Assembly: GCA_964016885.1 (NCBI GenBank)
Contig: OZ024742.1
Coordinates: forward strand, 172,050,001-172,114,000
DNA length: 64,000 nucleotides
Source of the DNA: Eledone cirrhosa
Lineage: Eukaryota
Reading direction: 5' to 3'
This document shows, one piece after another, positions 1 through 14,368 of this stretch (positions are counted from its first letter, which is position 1; every line of letters starts with the position of its first letter). The position numbers were made by a program, and so were the translations under genes. Under the pieces are notes generated by a model, which worked only from the letters and a program-made list of their open reading frames with translations, was not told the DNA's origin and searched no databases.

Positions 1-381
1 CATATATATATATATACATATATATATGTATATACATATATATATATACATATATATATGTATATACATATATATATATACATATATATATATATATGTA
101 TATACATATATATATATACATATATATATACACATACATATATATGTATATACATATATATATATATATACATATATATGTATATACATATATATATAGA
201 TATATATATATATATGTATATACATATATATACAAATACATATATATATACATATATATATATATACATATATATATGTATTAACATATATATATACATA
301 TATATATATGTATATACATATATATATACCTATATATTTATATGTATATACATATATATACATGTATATATATCTTTATAC

Positions 382-479
<98 letters not shown>

Positions 480-720
480 TTATACATATATATACATATA
501 TATATGAGAATGTGAGAAAAACCACAGACCCTCCATCTCAACTCACCTTCTGAAAAGCAGAAGAACTGCGAAACCGGTAAAGGAACCAAATAAATATATA
601 TATTTTTTTCAAAAATAAGACTCCAGTTGCATTTTCGGTTTCATCTCTTTTTCTTTATACTTTCACTCGTGTAGGACACAGGGGTTATTTTTAATTTTGT
701 AAAAAAACCTCACTTTCTAA

Positions 721-816
<96 letters not shown>

Positions 817-854
817 CATATATATATACATACATATATATATATACACATATA

Positions 855-937
<83 letters not shown>

Positions 938-954
938 TATAGTTATATATAAAT

Positions 955-985
<31 letters not shown>

Positions 986-996
986 CATATATATAC

Positions 997-1027
<31 letters not shown>

Positions 1028-1068
1028 CATATATACATATATATATACATATATATAGATATATATAA

Positions 1069-1105
<37 letters not shown>

Positions 1106-1124
1106 TTCATATATATATATATAT

Positions 1125-1157
<33 letters not shown>

Positions 1158-1196
1158 CATATATACACTTATATATATATATATATATACATATAT

Positions 1197-1247
<51 letters not shown>

Positions 1248-1282
1248 TATACATACATATATATATATATATACATATATTC

Positions 1283-1315
<33 letters not shown>

Positions 1316-1351
1316 TACATATATATATACATATATATAGGATATATATAA

Positions 1352-1450
<99 letters not shown>

Positions 1451-1545
1451 TACACTTATATATATATATATATACATATATACACATATATATATATATA
1501 TATATACATATATATACATACATATATATATATATACATATATTC

Positions 1546-1578
<33 letters not shown>

Positions 1579-1717
1579 TACATACATATATATATATATA
1601 TAGATATATATATGTATATACATATATATATATATATGTATATTGATATATATATATATACATATATATATATGTATATCTATATATGTATATACATATA
1701 TGTATATATATATATAT
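1..1717. repeat. (TA)n microsatellite tracts with CA/TG interruptions (representative; similar tracts at ~5.0-6.8, 9.2-9.85, 13.0-13.4, 15.0-15.6, 19-22, 46-50.9, 55.1-62.8 kb)
   Basis: Direct dinucleotide periodicity; explains the YIYI ORFs in all frames. Confidence 0.99.
546..583 (+). ncRNA. Minimal type I hammerhead ribozyme motif (variant core) in a short repeat (505-720) also present at ~55895-56040
   Basis: CCTT-CTGAAAA-GCAG aagaa CTGC-GAAA-CCGG-TA-AAGG: stems I and II pair, stem III is palindromic, GUA cleavage triplet; second copy 55932-55969 has core TTGAAAA and a damaged GAAA. Confidence 0.65.
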
Positions 1718-2626
1718 CCTCTTACAGCAGGATCTGGATGCCATATACAGATGGGCGGAAGAAAACAACATGCAGTTTAATGCTGGCAAATTCCAAGCCC
1801 TACAATACAAACCTGCAAACACAAACACAAATATAGCGGAACACAGCTACACAGGACCAGGAGGGACCGATATCCCCGTGTCAAAATCGATACGAGACCT
1901 GGGCATAGACATGAGCGATGATGCATCTTTTTCTTCACACATCATGAAGGTGGCGACAGCATGTAGACGATTCGCTGGCTGGATCTTGAGGACTTTCCTT
2001 ACAAGAGATCGAGACACCATGTTGACACTGTGGAGGACTTTTGTCCTAAGTCGCCTGGACTACTGCTCCCAGCTGTTGTCACCCCATAGTGTCAAACTAA
2101 CCACAGAGCTTGAGGCAATCCAGCGAAGCTACACCAAGAGGATTGCCAAGATGAGGGAGACAAGCTACTGGGAGAGGCTGAAGGAACTGAACCTCTACTC
2201 CTTGGAGCGAAGACGGGAGAGATACGCAGTGAACTACATGTGGAAAATCCTGGAGGGACTAGCACCAAACTTTGGCATTGGGAGCTGGACCAACCGTCGA
2301 ACAGGACGTCACTGTGTGGTGCCAAAGGTCCCGTCTTCCACATCTAGAATAAGGAGCAGGTATTGCAATAGCCTGGGATTCAAGGGCCCTCAACTCTTCA
2401 ACAGGCTGCCGAGGCATCTGCGAGACTTGCATGACGTGGAGGTGGATGTCTTTAAGAAACATCTCGACACCTTGTTATCCAGGATCCCGGATGAGCCGAC
2501 AGCAAGACACGAGGGAAACCTAAGGGCAGCAGCAACAAACTCCCTCCTACACCAGTGGCCAACCTATACAGGCTGGAGATAAAATGTGTAGCAACAAGGG
2601 CGGTGCCCCAGCATGGCCTCAGCCGG
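1718..2626 (+). mobile_element. 5'-truncated CR1/L2-group LINE, 3' part of ORF2 (RT C-terminus) plus partial 3' UTR
   Basis: ORF 1719-2582 ([24 protein letters not shown]...SRLDYCSQ...LYSLERRRERY), closely matching 8250-9148; starts directly after (TA)n. Confidence 0.95.
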
Positions 2627-3213
2627 TGCTAGTTATAATTTTACATTCATAAATTAAGTTTTTATCGAGGCAATGTTTGTTGAGAGGACATTTATTTTTA
2701 ATGCGGCAGTTGCAATTAGAGAGTTGGTCAATAATAATAATAAATTTCGCGCCAGTTCGCGTTACAATAGTTCTTCATATAAGAGGGGGGGTGTCACAGG
2801 TTGTTTTTTCATATATGAGTGTTTGAATTTCTTTTTACTTGAAAAAAGGTGCTCACGAAGGCTTTTTTTTATTGGTTATAAATGAAATTATGGCTGTCAA
2901 GTGAACAAGTTTTCATTAAATTTTCGCGCCCTTATTTGGAAATCCATTCTGTAGCCTTCAAGAGAAATGGGATGGGAGAATTGTTCTGGTTTAGTGAATA
3001 TGGTTAACTCGCTGGGGTGTCAGAATTCAGATTTTCTATTGAATAAAGAAAGTAAAGATATCTATGTTTATTTGTGTGCTTGTGTGTGTGTGTGCGTGTG
3101 TGTGTGTGTGTGTGTGCTGTGTATTTGTGTTTGAATTTCTTTTTACTTAAAAAAGGGTGGCTCACGAAGGCTTTTTTTTAATAAACGTAATTTGATTTAA
3201 TAAACGTAATATA

Positions 3214-3247
<34 letters not shown>

Positions 3248-3248
3248 C

Positions 3249-3356
<108 letters not shown>

Positions 3357-3366
3357 GTATATATAC

Positions 3367-3432
<66 letters not shown>

Positions 3433-4611
3433 GAAGGAGGTTATAGTTCACTTGAAGCATTGTGTAATGAGGTATAAACGTTTGTATATGTATAATAAAG
3501 CAGATATGGACATAGAATAAAGAATGCAAAAGATACTGTTGACAATTAGTCTTTTACCTTAGATTCATTTAAATGTCCTTAATATTCGAGATAATATCTC
3601 TTCTTCGGAGGGAAGTAAAGCGGTTAAACCAGTGTTCTAAATAGCTTGCCAAGTCATGCTGACAGGAAATGGTATAGAGTATCTGTTCTATCTCTAATGT
3701 GAAAGAGTTAAGATTAGGTGGATAAAGAGTAGTCCCCCTTTAGAAGGATTTTTTTGTACATGCCTGTTTAAGTGTGTGGGAGAATGCATGAAAGTGTAAG
3801 TATGTGAGTGTGTGAGTGTGAGAAGATATGTCTATACGTAAATTTTGGGGATAGATGTTATCTCGTGTTAGAACTGGTCTCTGTGTGTGTATGTGTGAGA
3901 GACAATAAGTGGAGGTGTAAGCGTGTGTGTGTGTGCGTGCGTATGTGTGTGCGTGTGTGTGTGTGGTGGGGGTGTAAACATGGGGCTAGAAGCTCTATCA
4001 AGTTATAAATTGGGTGTTGAGCTCTAGTCTATTATTTGATAAAAAATATCATCGGCTAGAACAAGCCAAAATTCAGGAATAGAGAAGGATAATTCAGAAA
4101 ATTATCATGGAAAGACGTGTTAAACCTAATAGGGTGCATTGGTACATAAAAACTATAGGGCAAGAGAGCAAGCAAACATTAAAATAGCCACGTTAAAAGT
4201 ACAATATAATCTAATACTCGAAATACAACATAGTAATATAATGCGAGAAATAAGATATAAAAATTATAATATAATATACAATACAATGGAACACATAATA
4301 CAGAAATAAATTTTATATATATATATACACGCATTCACACACATAAATACACACACAAATACACATTTACACATACACATGTTAACACAAATATATAAAT
4401 ATAAGCACTATAATAGAATAATCACCCTGACGGTGTGATTAAACAATACTAAAATCAATGAAAAAAATATTGACATTAAAAAAATATAAATACTTCCCAC
4501 GTACCATGCAAAGTCAACAAAACGGGAATAAATACATAATGTATTCCACAGGGTAAACAATTAATTTATATAGTATATGTATATATATGTATATATATAT
4601 ATATATGTATA

Positions 4612-5000
4612 TGGTGGCTGCTAACTCGTTTTCAAGTACGGCCACTACTTTATATCCATGTAGGAGAACCCCTACCGATGTGCTGAACAAGTGTGACTTT
4701 TTAGTCCAGCCAGCGACTTGAAAACTCTGGTACAAACACTACACCTGTGACAATTATTGACACATAGTGCTGGGCTCATGGTACCATGTGACGACAAGTG
4801 CAGAGAGATCTCCAGATATAAAGCAATGCCTGTGCCGTGAAGCTTTTATAGTGAGCAAAGCCAGTCCCACTCTCTTAACCAAGATGATATTTACCAAAAA
4901 GAAGAACAAGTCAACATCATTGGATACCATCAGGGTTGCAGGTGTTATATCAGAGTTTTCCTTCTCCTAGAATTCTGCCTTGACAAAGGCTGAGGGGTCA
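4612..5000 (-). mobile_element. Possible degenerate RTE-type 5' UTR or repeat fragment
   Basis: Minus strand AGCCTTTGTCAAGGCAGAATTCTAGGAGAAGGAAAACTC resembles a motif recalled from RTE-like 5' UTRs; unverified. Confidence 0.3.
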
Positions 5001-5033
5001 TATGTATATATATATATATATATATATAATACG

Positions 5034-5138
<105 letters not shown>

Positions 5139-5211
5139 GAAAAAGTAAGTCCTTCATCAGTGACCCTCCAACCGTCCCAGGCATTTCGTCGCTTTTATAT
5201 ATATGTATATG

Positions 5212-5242
<31 letters not shown>

Positions 5243-5445
5243 GTATATGTATATATATATGTATATATATATATGTATATATATATATGTATATTTATAT
5301 ATATGTATATATATATATGTATATATATATACATATGTTATTATATGTATATATATATGTATATATATATGTATATATATATATATGTATATATATATAT
5401 GTTTATATATATATGTATATATATATATGTATATTTATATATATC

Positions 5446-5492
<47 letters not shown>

Positions 5493-5705
5493 GTTTATAT
5501 ATATATGTATATATATATATGTATATTTATATATATCTATATATATATATGTATATATATATATATGTATATTTATATATATGTATATATATATATGTAT
5601 ATGTATATATATGTATATATATATATATGTATATTTATATATATGTATATATATATATGTATATGTATATATATATATATTTATATATATGTATATATAT
5701 ATATA

Positions 5706-5756
<51 letters not shown>

Positions 5757-5878
5757 TATATATATATACGTATTATATATATGTATATATATATATGTAT
5801 ATATATAATGTATATATGTATATATATATATGTATTATATATATATGTATATATATATATATATGTATATATATATTA

Positions 5879-5919
<41 letters not shown>

Positions 5920-5956
5920 TATATATATATATAATATATATATAGTATTATATATG

Positions 5957-6043
<87 letters not shown>

Positions 6044-6191
6044 GTATATATATATGTATATATATATATTATATTATATATATATATGTATATATATATG
6101 TATATATATATATGTATATATATATGTATAGGTATATATGTATATATATGTATATATGTATATACGTATATATATATGTATATATGTATAT

Positions 6192-6223
<32 letters not shown>

Positions 6224-6266
6224 GCATATATATGTACGTATATATATATGTATGTATATATATATG

Positions 6267-6298
<32 letters not shown>

Positions 6299-6436
6299 TG
6301 TATATATATGTATATATATGTATAGATATGTATATATAATTATATATATATATATGTATATATATATACATATATATATATATGTATATACATATATATA
6401 TATATATATGTATATACATATATATATATATGTATG

Positions 6437-6497
<61 letters not shown>

Positions 6498-6608
6498 GCA
6501 TGTATATATATATATATATATGTATATAATTATATATGTATATATGTATATATATATACATGTATATATATATGTATATATATATATATGTATATATATA
6601 TACATGTA

Positions 6609-6677
<69 letters not shown>

Positions 6678-6694
6678 GTATATAAATATATATG

Positions 6695-6743
<49 letters not shown>

Positions 6744-6768
6744 GTATATATATATGTATATATATATG

Positions 6769-6817
<49 letters not shown>

Positions 6818-6954
6818 GTATTCATTAGTTCAGCAAAACTAGACCACAAATTGCACAAGGAAGACATTATTAAAAGATTGTCAACATATTTAGTTTGATG
6901 TAAGCAATGTAGAGAATAACAATAATAACAATATTAATAATAATAATAATGCCC

Positions 6955-7075
6955 GTTTACAATTGTTTCGCTACTCCGTATAATATTTCTGGATCAGATG
7001 ACTATGTATCATAATTGATCTGGTTCAGTTGAAAATAATTAAGATATTTAAAAAAACAGAGTGGCTCATCGGAAC
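6955..7075 (-). ncRNA. Type I hammerhead motif with ~96-nt stem II insertion, core CCGATGA; element 6822-7085 recurs at 63727-64000
   Basis: Minus strand GTT-CCGATGA-GCCACTCTGT...ACGGAGTAGC-GAAA-CAATTG-TA-AAC. Confidence 0.7.
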
Positions 7076-7257
7076 TCAAAGGAATATAAGTTAAAATAAA
7101 GTTACATAATATAATGTTCCATATATTAGTTTTTACTATGTTGCTTTTGTTTCATCAGCTCTCATCCATAAACAAGCAGTACTCATCTGTCGAGACTGTA
7201 TTTTGTGAGATCTGCCTATGGGTAAGATAAGTTACCCATAGGCAGATCTTTAAATAG

Positions 7258-9105
7258 GCCTTCTTTCAATTTGCAAAAGAAACTGCCTCAGTACACTGCA
7301 AGATTGAGCCACACTTCCACACGGACGGTTCATTAACCGAAAACCCCCAAGAGACATGTGAAATACTGAACGAACAGTACAAAAGTGCGTTCACATGTCC
7401 ACTGAGGCACATGCAAACGACGAAGCCAGAGGAGTTCTTTGATGCCACAACACTACATAAAAAAATGGCAACCATCAACCACATAGACATAATGGAGAAG
7501 GATCTGGTGTACGCCATTGATGAAATTAGAACAGACTCGGCTGCTGGACCTGATGGATTCCCAGCAGTTCTCTTTAAAATATGTAAGCGGGCCTTAGCAA
7601 CTCCAATGAAGATGCACTTTAGAAGCTCCTTGGCTAGCGGTGTACTAACCAGGGAGCTGAAAGGAGGCACAATCTGCCCTATCCGTAAAGAAGATAGTAG
7701 AGCGGAGGCCAAGAACTATAGGCCAGTCTCCCTGACGTCGCATATCAGTAAGGTCATGGTGCGAGTCGTCAGAAAGAAACTAATCACTTTCCTCGAAGAA
7801 AATGACCGCCTGACTAGCATGCAACATGGCTTCCGCTCAGGAAGAAGCTGCCTTACACAGCTGCTACATCACTACGACTGGGTACTGAGACAACTACTAG
7901 ACAGCTCACATGTGGACGTGATATATCTTGACTTTGCGAAGGACTTTGACAAGGTCGACCACGGAATGATATGTCACAAACTACACGGACTCGGCATAAC
8001 TGGAAAAGTAGGTGAGTGGCTGCATGGCTTCCTAAGGGACAGAAGCCAGGCAGTTGCAGCAAATGGGGCCCTCTCGAGGGAAACACCGGTAACAAGTGGG
8101 GTGCCCCAGGGGACAATCCTGGGACCACTACTGTTTTTGGTGGCTCTCTCGGACATGCCCTCTGTGGTGCATGCAACAACATCCCTCACTAGCTATGCTG
8201 ATGACACTAAGGTAGCACAGGCAATCAACAACCCGGCTGACGCTGCCTTTTTACAGCAGGATCTGGATGCCATATACAGATGGGCGGATGAAAACAACAT
8301 GCAGTTTAATGCTGGCAAATTCCAAGCCCTACAATACAAACCTGCAAACACAAATATAGTGGAACACAGCTACACAGGACCAGGAGGGACCGATATCCCA
8401 GTGTCAAAATCTATACGAGAGCTGGGCATAGACATGAGCGATGATGCATCTTTTTCTTCATACATCATGAAAGTGGCGACAATGTGCAGACGACTCGCTG
8501 GCTGGATCTTGAGGACTTTCCGGACGAGAGAACGAGACACCAAGTTGACACTGTGGAGGACTTTTGTCCTAAGTGGCCTGGACTACTGCTCCCAGTTGTG
8601 GTCACCCCATAGTGTTAAACTAACCACGGAGCTTGAGACAATCCAGCGAAGCTACACCAAGAGGATTGCCAAGATGAGGGAGACAAGCTACTGGGAGAAG
8701 CTGAAGGAACTGAACCTCTACTCATTGGAGCGAAGACAGGAGAGATACGCAGTGATCTACATGTGGAAAATCCTGGAGGGACTAGCACCAAACTTTGGCA
8801 TTGGGAGCCGGACCAACCGTCGAACAGGACGTCACTGTGTGGTGCCAAAGGTCCCGTCTTCCACATCTAGAATAAGGAGCAGGTATTGCAATAGCCTGGG
8901 ATTCAAGGGCCCTCAACTCTTCAACAGGCTGCCGAGGCATCTGAGAGACTTGCATGACGTGGAGGTGGATATCTTTAAGAAATATCTCGACAACTTGTTA
9001 TCCAGGATCCCGGAAGAGCCCACAGCAAGACACGAGGGAAACCTAAGAGCAGCAGTAACAAACTCCCTCTTACACCAGTGGCCAACCTATACAGGCTGGA
9101 GATAA
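7258..9105 (+). CDS. LINE ORF2 reverse transcriptase (endonuclease domain missing; first ATG at 7411)
   Basis: RT motifs [51 protein letters not shown]; frame open from 7258. Confidence 0.93.
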   Translation, partial: AFFQFAKETASVHCKIEPHFHTDGSLTENPQETCEILNEQYKSAFTCPLRHMQTTKPEEFFDATTLHKKMATINHIDIMEKDLVYAIDEIRTDSAAGPDGFPAVLFKICKRALATPMKMHFRSSLASGVLTRELKGGTICPIRKEDSRAEAKNYRPVSLTSHISKVMVRVVRKKLITFLEENDRLTSMQHGFRSGRSCLTQLLHHYDWVLRQLLDSSHVDVIYLDFAKDFDKVDHGMICHKLHGLGITGKVGEWLHGFLRDRSQAVAANGALSRETPVTSGVPQGTILGPLLFLVALSDMPSVVHATTSLTSYADDTKVAQAINNPADAAFLQQDLDAIYRWADENNMQFNAGKFQALQYKPANTNIVEHSYTGPGGTDIPVSKSIRELGIDMSDDASFSSYIMKVATMCRRLAGWILRTFRTRERDTKLTLWRTFVLSGLDYCSQLWSPHSVKLTTELETIQRSYTKRIAKMRETSYWEKLKELNLYSLERRQERYAVIYMWKILEGLAPNFGIGSRTNRRTGRHCVVPKVPSSTSRIRSRYCNSLGFKGPQLFNRLPRHLRDLHDVEVDIFKKYLDNLLSRIPEEPTARHEGNLRAAVTNSLLHQWPTYTGWR

Positions 9106-9180
9106 AATGTGTAGCAACAAGGGCGGTGCCCCAGCATGGCCTCAGCCGGATGGCTGAAACAGGTAAAAGAGTAAAAGAGT
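7258..9180 (+). mobile_element. 5'-truncated CR1/L2-group non-LTR retrotransposon with complete RT domain and 3' tail (GTAAAAGA)x2
   Basis: Uninterrupted ORF2 frame, 3' end GGCGGTGCCCCAGCATGGCC...GAAACAGGTAAAAGAGTAAAAGAGT, followed by (TA)n. Confidence 0.97.
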
Positions 9181-9215
9181 ATATATATATGTATGTATAT
9201 ATATATATATGTATG

Positions 9216-9274
<59 letters not shown>

Positions 9275-9321
9275 GTATATATATATATATGTATGTATAT
9301 ATATATATATTATGTATATAT

Positions 9322-9362
<41 letters not shown>

Positions 9363-9386
9363 TATATGTATGTATATATATATATG

Positions 9387-9445
<59 letters not shown>

Positions 9446-9454
9446 ATATGTATG

Positions 9455-9489
<35 letters not shown>

Positions 9490-9540
9490 GTACGTATATA
9501 TATATATATGTATGTATATATATATATATTATGTATATAT

Positions 9541-9581
<41 letters not shown>

Positions 9582-9607
9582 TATATATGTATGTATATAT
9601 ATATATG

Positions 9608-9664
<57 letters not shown>

Positions 9665-9677
9665 ATATATATGTATG

Positions 9678-9710
<33 letters not shown>

Positions 9711-9741
9711 GTATGTATATATATATATATTATGTATATAT

Positions 9742-9782
<41 letters not shown>

Positions 9783-9812
9783 TATATATGTATGTATATA
9801 TATATATATAAG

Positions 9813-9850
<38 letters not shown>

Positions 9851-9853
<3 letters not shown>

Positions 9854-10126
9854 ATAAAACACCAGAGCCAAAGAAATGTAACAACTTTAGCAGAAAAAGC
9901 TTGGACGCTCAGGGATAGCGACCAAAAGTTTACCCTAAAATGGGAAAAATTAGCTAAAACCGAAAGCTTTTCCAGGAGCCAAAATTTCTGCAAATTGTGT
10001 AATCTTGAGATTTATTACATAATCACACACAAGAAGAAACTGCTGAATAACAGAATTGAACGAACATTATTCTGCCGTCACAGAACTAAAACCCTTTTTT
10101 CCCACTACAAGCCGAATATTACATAA
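9851..10126 (+). pseudogene. C-terminal GIY-YIG endonuclease fragment of a Penelope-like element (probably Naiad-like); not in the ORF track
   Basis: Manual translation [24 protein letters not shown]...CKLCNLEIYYI...LLNNRIERTLFCRHRTK matches the PLE pattern W-x-L...KW...CxLCxxE...LNxRxE...CRH; degenerate HHR follows at 10239-10296. Confidence 0.8.
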
Positions 10127-10441
10127 AAGAGGGACATCCCCCAACTATATAAACCTTAATCTAGTTAGAAAAATATAAAAACAATCTCTTCTCAACATAT
10201 ATTAATAACCTTAAATTACCATACTAATAATGAAAAGATATGCTGATGAGAATAGGTACAAATATGCGATAATGAATGTGTCTAAAAACGTCCATAAGTA
10301 TGTATATATATGTGAAAATGTATATAAATAAGTAAATATATATATATGTTTGATGTGTATAGTTAGATGTAAGTGTATTCATGTATTAAAGTGCTTATTT
10401 ATATATGTATATGTATATATGAGTATATGTATGTGTATGTA

Positions 10442-10508
<67 letters not shown>

Positions 10509-11104
10509 GTATATATGTATATGTATATATATATATATCTGTATGTATATATGTGTATATGGATGTGTATGTATGTGTATGTGTGTACACATGGACTAGA
10601 GTATGTATGTATATATGTGTGTGTCTATACGTGTGTATATAAAGATAAGTTGAGTATGAAAATGTATACACATTTGCGCGTATGTATGTACATGAATACA
10701 TGTGTGTATATATATGTGTATGCATGTGTATATATATGTAAGTATGAATATGTGAATTGTGAGTATATGTATTTTGTAGAGGTGTGCAAATACATTTGTG
10801 TGTGAATGCGTGGGTGAAAGGATACGTACACTTGAAAGAAAAATTTAAGTCTGAATGTTAATTAAGTGCAAACACAAAACCAACCACGCATATCTTTACT
10901 ATCTCTAATCCTTCTATAGATTTAGAAAAATAACCAATAATATATTCTATAAAAAATGTCAAAACAACAGATGGGAATCTAATTACTCACTGCCACCAAG
11001 AATTCTCACTGCTATCGAAAAACCACTCCTTCAACTATTCTTCTAACAACTTCACCCCTCCCTCCTAATATTCTCTATAAAAACTAAATAGTTCCTCAGT
11101 AATA

Positions 11105-11221
11105 TTATTCTGATGAAATGACAGTAAATAATAACATTGAAATATTGAATGTCTGCATAACTAAAAGTTTGTAGATAGCTGTTTTAGGTAATGTAACTGT
11201 TATAGAAACACGTGTCAATAA
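11105..11221 (+). ncRNA. Type I hammerhead with ~88-nt stem II insertion
   Basis: TTATT-CTGATGA-aATGACAGT...ACTGTTATa-GAAA-CACGTG-TC-AATAA; intact core and GUC triplet. Confidence 0.8.
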
Positions 11222-11407
11222 ATTCCTTTCAACTAAACTGTATCCATTCAAATCTTTCTATTTTTCTCCGGATTACTTTTGGAACTACAACTGGAACCGT
11301 CGAGCAAACTCTACGTGAGCTGATAATCTACTGTGTGTAATATTTATATTACAACACAACGGAAAATACTGTATATATATATATATATATATATTATGTA
11401 TATATAT

Positions 11408-11485
<78 letters not shown>

Positions 11486-11508
11486 GTATATATATATGTA
11501 TGCTCTTC

Positions 11509-13040
11509 AGAAGCTCCTTGGCTAGCGGTGTACTACCCAGGGAGCTGAAAGAATGCACAATATGACCTATCCATAAAGGAGGTAGCAGAGCGGAGGTCAA
11601 AAACTATAGGTCAGCCTTCCTGACGTCGCATAGAGTAAGGTCATTGAGCGAGTCATCAGAAAGAAACTGATCACGTTCCTCGGGGAAAATGACCGCCTGA
11701 CTAGCACGCAACATGGCTTCCGCCCAGGAAGAAGCTGCCTTACACAGCTGCTACATCACTACGACTGGGTACTGAGACAACTACTAGACAGCTCACATGT
11801 AGACGTGATATATCTTGACTTTGCGAAGGCCTTTGACAAGGTCGACAACGGAATGATATGTCACAAACTACACGGACTCGGTATGACTGGAAAAGTAGGT
11901 GAGTGGCTGCATGGCTTCCTAGGGGACAGAAGCCAGGCAGTCGCAGCAAATGGGGCCCTCTCAAAGGAAACACCAATAACAAGTGGGGTGCCTCAGGGGA
12001 CAATCCTGGGACCACTACTGTTTTTGGTGGCTCTCTCAGACATGTTCTCTGTAGTACATACAACAACATCCCTCACTAGCTATGCTGATGACACTAAGGT
12101 AGCACAGGCAATCAAAAACCCGGCTGACGCTGCCCCATATACAAATGGGCGGAAGAAAACAACATGCAGTTTAATGCTGGCAAATTCCAAGCCCTACAAT
12201 ACAAACCTCCAAATAAACCTGCAAACAAAAATATAGTGGAACACAACTACACAGGACCGGGAGGGACTGATATGCCCGTGTCAAAATCGATAGGAGACCT
12301 GGGCATAGACATGAGCGATGATGCATCTTTTTCTTCACACATCATGAAAGTGGCGACAATGTGCAGACGACTCGCTGGCTGGATCTTGAGGACTTTCCGG
12401 ACAAGAGATCGAGACACCATGTTGATACTATGGAGGACATTTGTCCTAAGCCGCCTGGACTACTGCTCCCAGTTGTGGTCACCCCATACTGTCAAACTAA
12501 CAACGGAGCTTGAGGGAATCCAGCGAAGCTACACCAAGAGGATTGCCAAGATGAGGGAGACAAGCTACTGGAAGAGGCTAAACGAACTAAACCTCTACTC
12601 CTTGGAGCGAAGACGGGAGAGATACTCAGTGATCTACATGTGGAAAATCCTGGAGGGGCTAGCACCAAACTTTGGCATTGGGAGCTGGACCAACCGTCGA
12701 ACAGGACGTCACTGTGTGGTGCCAAATCTAGAATAAGGAGCAGGTATTGCAATAGCCTGGAATTCAAGGGCCCTCAACTCTTCAACAGGCTGCCGAGGGA
12801 TCTGAGAGACTTGCATGACGTGGAGGTGGATGTCTTCAAGAAACATTTCGACACCTTGTTATCCAGGATCCCGGATGAGCCCACAGCAAGACACGAGGGA
12901 AACCTAAGGGCAGCAGCAACAAACTCCCTCTTACACCAGTGGCCAACCTATACAGGCTGGAGATAAAATGTGTAGCAACAAGGGCGGTGCCCCAGCATGG
13001 CCTCAGCCGGATGGCTGAAACAGGTAAAAGAGTAAAAGAG

Positions 13041-13041
<1 letters not shown>
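11509..13041 (+). mobile_element. Third copy of the same CR1/L2-group LINE, 5'-truncated and frameshifted
   Basis: RT split over ORFs 11805-12236, 12164-12736 and 12640-12966; small deletions near 12135 and 12727; same 3' tail; (TA)n on both sides. Confidence 0.95.
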
Positions 13042-13085
<44 letters not shown>

Positions 13086-13102
13086 ATGTATATATATGTA
13101 TG

Positions 13103-13135
<33 letters not shown>

Positions 13136-13162
13136 GTATGTATATATATATATATATGTATG

Positions 13163-13203
<41 letters not shown>

Positions 13204-13236
13204 GTATATATATGTATATATATATATATATATATG

Positions 13237-13365
<129 letters not shown>

Positions 13366-13416
13366 ATACATATATATATATATATTTATATATGTATGTA
13401 TATATATATATTTGTC

Positions 13417-14368
13417 TAATTTTCAATTTTCTGTTTGTTCAATTCTCAATCGTCTTACTCTTTAATTTTATAATGTTATTCTGAATTCTTTCAACTTCAT
13501 CCAAGAAAGTTAACCCATATTTTAAGGTTCTAACTATCTGTCGGACGTTTGGGTGCGTTTTAATGGCGGCGCGACCGGCCCCCTGGCACACGAGCTTACC
13601 TGGAGTGCTTGGAAAAATAAATTTCCCCTTCTTTCGGTAAATGAAAATACTCGGCGTAGCTTAATCCGCCCTGGGGCCTGGAGCGCGCCCTGTGCTTTAA
13701 CCGCCACATAGTACCTTTAAATTACATATCAAATCGGAACTAGTAGATATATCAACCTGAAAATGTTAAACTGTTTGACTTTAAATTTTCTAACCTCTTT
13801 AATATTGAATATTGATTATTCATTTTTTAACCTCATCCTATAAGTCTAAACAAAAACGTAACGCTCCAATTTTCCGCTCACACCCTTATAATTTTCTATT
13901 CACTGTTTGTTCAATTCTCACACATTATAATTTTCAATTTTCAGGTGGTTCAATTCTCAATCGTCTTACTCTTTAATTTTATAATGTTATTCTGAATTCT
14001 TTCAACTTCATCCTAGAAAGTTAAGCAATATGTTAAGGTTCCAACTTTCTGTCGGACTGTTGGGTGGGTTTTAACGGCGGCGCGAGCGGCCCCCTGGCGC
14101 ACGGGCTTACATGGAGTGCTTGGAAAAGTAAATTTCCCCTTCTTTCGGTAAATGAAAATACTCGGCGGGGCTTAATGCGCCCTGGGGCACGGAGCGCGTC
14201 CGATGTTTTAACCGCCACATAGTACCTTAAATTACAGATCAAATCGGAACTATTAGATATATTAACTTGAACATGTTAAACTGTTTAACGTTAACTTTAA
14301 ATTTTCCAACCTCTTTTATATTGAATACTGATTATTAATTTTTTAACTTCATCCTATTAGTCTAAACA
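13417..14368. repeat. Tandem duplication, period ~511 bp, with a GC-rich core
   Basis: 13417-13850 aligns to 13928-14368 with scattered substitutions. Confidence 0.9.

Noticed and set aside
7266-8866. Antisense ORFs over the LINE
   Set aside because: Shadow frames of the RT coding sequence
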